DNA of 41,392 bases from contig JAIPAF010000001.1 of assembly GCA_021740225.1 (NCBI GenBank), forward strand, positions 1 to 41,392, in the 5' to 3' direction. The notes below the pieces were generated by a model that saw nothing but the letters and a program-made list of their open reading frames with translations, was not told where the DNA came from and searched no databases. The stretch is from Bacteroidales bacterium (GTDB lineage: Bacteria; Bacteroidota; Bacteroidia; Bacteroidales; UBA12077). The translations under genes and the position numbers were made by a program. Positions 39,865 through 41,392 of this stretch are shown here, in pieces (the stretch's first letter is position 1; every line of letters starts with the position of its first letter).

Positions 39865-40506
39865 CTAGTAACTACAGGAAGAACCGCAGCCACAGAAATT
39901 TCCGCTTTTCGCCTTTTCAAATGCTTCTCTTCCTTCCCTGAAGGCAAACCAAGCAATACCCAGAGATCCAATTGTATCAATGTATCCGATTTGAAAAATC
40001 TCATAAAGCCCACTGGATGCCAGCAGGATTAATGAAAGATAAAAGCATGATTTGGTACAGTTGGCATCAGCGATGATGGCGTCAGAGTTTAGGATCTTTC
40101 CGATTTTTAGTTTGTAACGCATCAGGAAAAACATGGTCAGAATGGAAATCACTGATATAATGATTCCCACGATTGTGGTTACAGGTTGGTTGTTTTGAAT
40201 AAAGTTCACTCCTGCACCGGCAATCAGACCTCCTGTAAGCAGGAAAAAGCTGAATCCTGTAATTCTGAGAGCCTGCTTTTCGAAACGGTCAGTATTTTCT
40301 CCGGCTCCCCGTTTCATCCTCCAAATCATGTGGGCAATACCCAAACCGGATATCACCTCTACAAAACTGTCTACACCGAAGCCCAAAAGTGCCAGAGTTT
40401 CATCCTGCATTCCAAAAAATACTGAGATAAGTCCTTCGATTACATTATAAGTGATAGTGATTATGCTGAGGGCGAATGCTATATTGAGTGCTTTTTCGAG
40501 ATTCAT
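39865..40506 (-). CDS. Cation diffusion facilitator-like transporter lacking the C-terminal domain
   Basis: About 6 TM helices; YNVIEG, GFGVDSFVE, ADANCT, D..GSL; Cys-rich tail CGCGSSC. Confidence 0.78.
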   Translation of the reverse strand: MNLEKALNIAFALSIITITYNVIEGLISVFFGMQDETLALLGFGVDSFVEVISGLGIAHMIWRMKRGAGENTDRFEKQALRITGFSFFLLTGGLIAGAGVNFIQNNQPVTTIVGIIISVISILTMFFLMRYKLKIGKILNSDAIIADANCTKSCFYLSLILLASSGLYEIFQIGYIDTIGSLGIAWFAFREGREAFEKAKSGNFCGCGSSCSY

Positions 40507-40567
40507 GTTGTATGTTGCTTTATTTATTTTAACAGCTTATTCATTCAATTGTTAACCTGTGGCAATA

Positions 40568-40591
40568 CTTGAATGCTTGAATGCTTGAATG
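40568..40591. repeat. Tandem octamer (CTTGAATG)x3
   Basis: Three exact copies. The inverted TCATTCAA lies at 40541-40548. Confidence 0.8.
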
Positions 40592-40822
40592 AGAGAATAT
40601 TGAAAGATCATGCAAGAATTATATTCCCGACGCTGGTTCAGGCATTGTCAATGCCAACTTCTTTCATGGCCAAAGCCTTTCTGAGTATACAATGAATGAT
40701 CCCTTTGAAATATTTATTTTCCTCTGCTCCACTAATTTCATAGGCTAAACCACCGAATAACTACCGACTGACTATTGAGTGGCAATCGAATGACAATTGA
40801 TTGGTTCTCTTCCTCCAACTCC

Positions 40823-40865
40823 TGTCAAACGTATTTGTGTCAAACTCTTTGTCAAACCTTCAAAC
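40823..40865. repeat. Spaced TGTCAAAC direct repeats
   Basis: TGTCAAAC at 40823, 40838 and 40850, plus CTTCAAAC at 40858. Confidence 0.65.
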
Positions 40866-40891
40866 AACTTATTCTGGTAAGGCGAAACCAA

Positions 40892-41392
40892 CTATTTTCC
40901 AACTTCTTCACGTACTTCCCCACAAGTCAGCATCTGATCGCCAAAGTATGGGTTTTCTACCTGGTCTTCCCCGCTTAGCCAGAAAGCTCCTTTGTCATTG
41001 TTTGCCATTGGGCAAAACTGTACATACAGCTCACCTTTTGGCACACTGAAGGTTTTTACCAGGGCAATCATATGATCCGATAGCTTGATGAAATGCTCTC
41101 TTTGTACTTCCAGCTTATCGGCATTTTGGATAGCCCGGGCTTTTTCATCAATTGCTTCCTGGTGTTCCATCCATTTCATATGTCCTTTATTGGAGAAGGC
41201 TCCCATATTCACCTTTGAAATGGCAGCTACCATTTTTTCTGCCTGGCTGTCCGCCATCTTGTCATTCACCAGGGCGTTTTTTAAAGCAAGGTAGCTCTCC
41301 GTCAATTTTTTGTATTGATCAGACTGAGAAGAAGGCCACTGTAGGGGCTTTTGTTCTTCTTCCATGGAAGAAGCGGATCCCTCCATATCACC
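40892..41392 (-). CDS. DUF3347-domain heavy-metal-binding protein, 5' truncated by the window edge (possibly the C-terminus of a CusB-like RND adaptor)
   Basis: Y..LK.ALV.D, QR.HF..LS, QFCPMA....GA.WLS......NPYFG..ML.CG. The frame stays open to the window edge. Confidence 0.82.
   Translation of the reverse strand, partial: GDMEGSASSMEEEQKPLQWPSSQSDQYKKLTESYLALKNALVNDKMADSQAEKMVAAISKVNMGAFSNKGHMKWMEHQEAIDEKARAIQNADKLEVQREHFIKLSDHMIALVKTFSVPKGELYVQFCPMANNDKGAFWLSGEDQVENPYFGDQMLTCGEVREEVGK

Noticed and set aside
40568..40865. Short repeats considered as a CRISPR array or iterons
   Set aside because: Units are only 8 nt with no regular unique spacers, and no cas or rep gene is present.
1..41392. 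Prophage, IS, integrase, rRNA, riboswitch or defence genes
   Set aside because: No supporting ORFs or motifs were recognised. A covariance-model scan of the intergenic regions would be needed to exclude small RNAs.

Overview
A 41.4-kb chromosomal window from a Bacteroidota bacterium, most likely Bacteroidales-like. The evidence is TAnnTTTG promoters, the porP-porKLMN operon order and a T9SS C-terminal domain. From left to right: (i) a GTAG/REP-like palindromic stretch and an unknown multi-TM protein; (ii) a four-gene minus-strand signalling cluster beside tRNA-Ala(GGC): a soluble PAS/GAF histidine kinase with a 4-Cys PAS, a REC-PAS-LuxR regulator, a membrane GAF/FixL-like heme-PAS protein with no output domain, and a stand-alone CZB protein; (iii) housekeeping genes panC, panD, a flippase-like protein, rfaE2, radA, a dual ABC ATPase, PBP1A and topA; (iv) a degenerate arginase-family gene followed by the type IX secretion core porP-K-L-M-N; (v) manC, a gluzincin/beta-propeller/Omp85 fusion and a SusC/D-less beta-glucan cluster (GH3, T9SS-secreted GH16, sugar porter); (vi) an uncharacterised outer-membrane protein-Rrf2-YceI-YceI cluster with a palindromic candidate operator; (vii) the edge of a heavy-metal locus (CDF-like transporter, truncated DUF3347 protein). 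No rRNA, CRISPR, transposase or integrase was seen. The best candidates for an undescribed system are the OMP/Rrf2/YceI pair cluster and the multi-cofactor redox-sensing cluster. All protein calls come from motif recognition by eye; no database searches were run.
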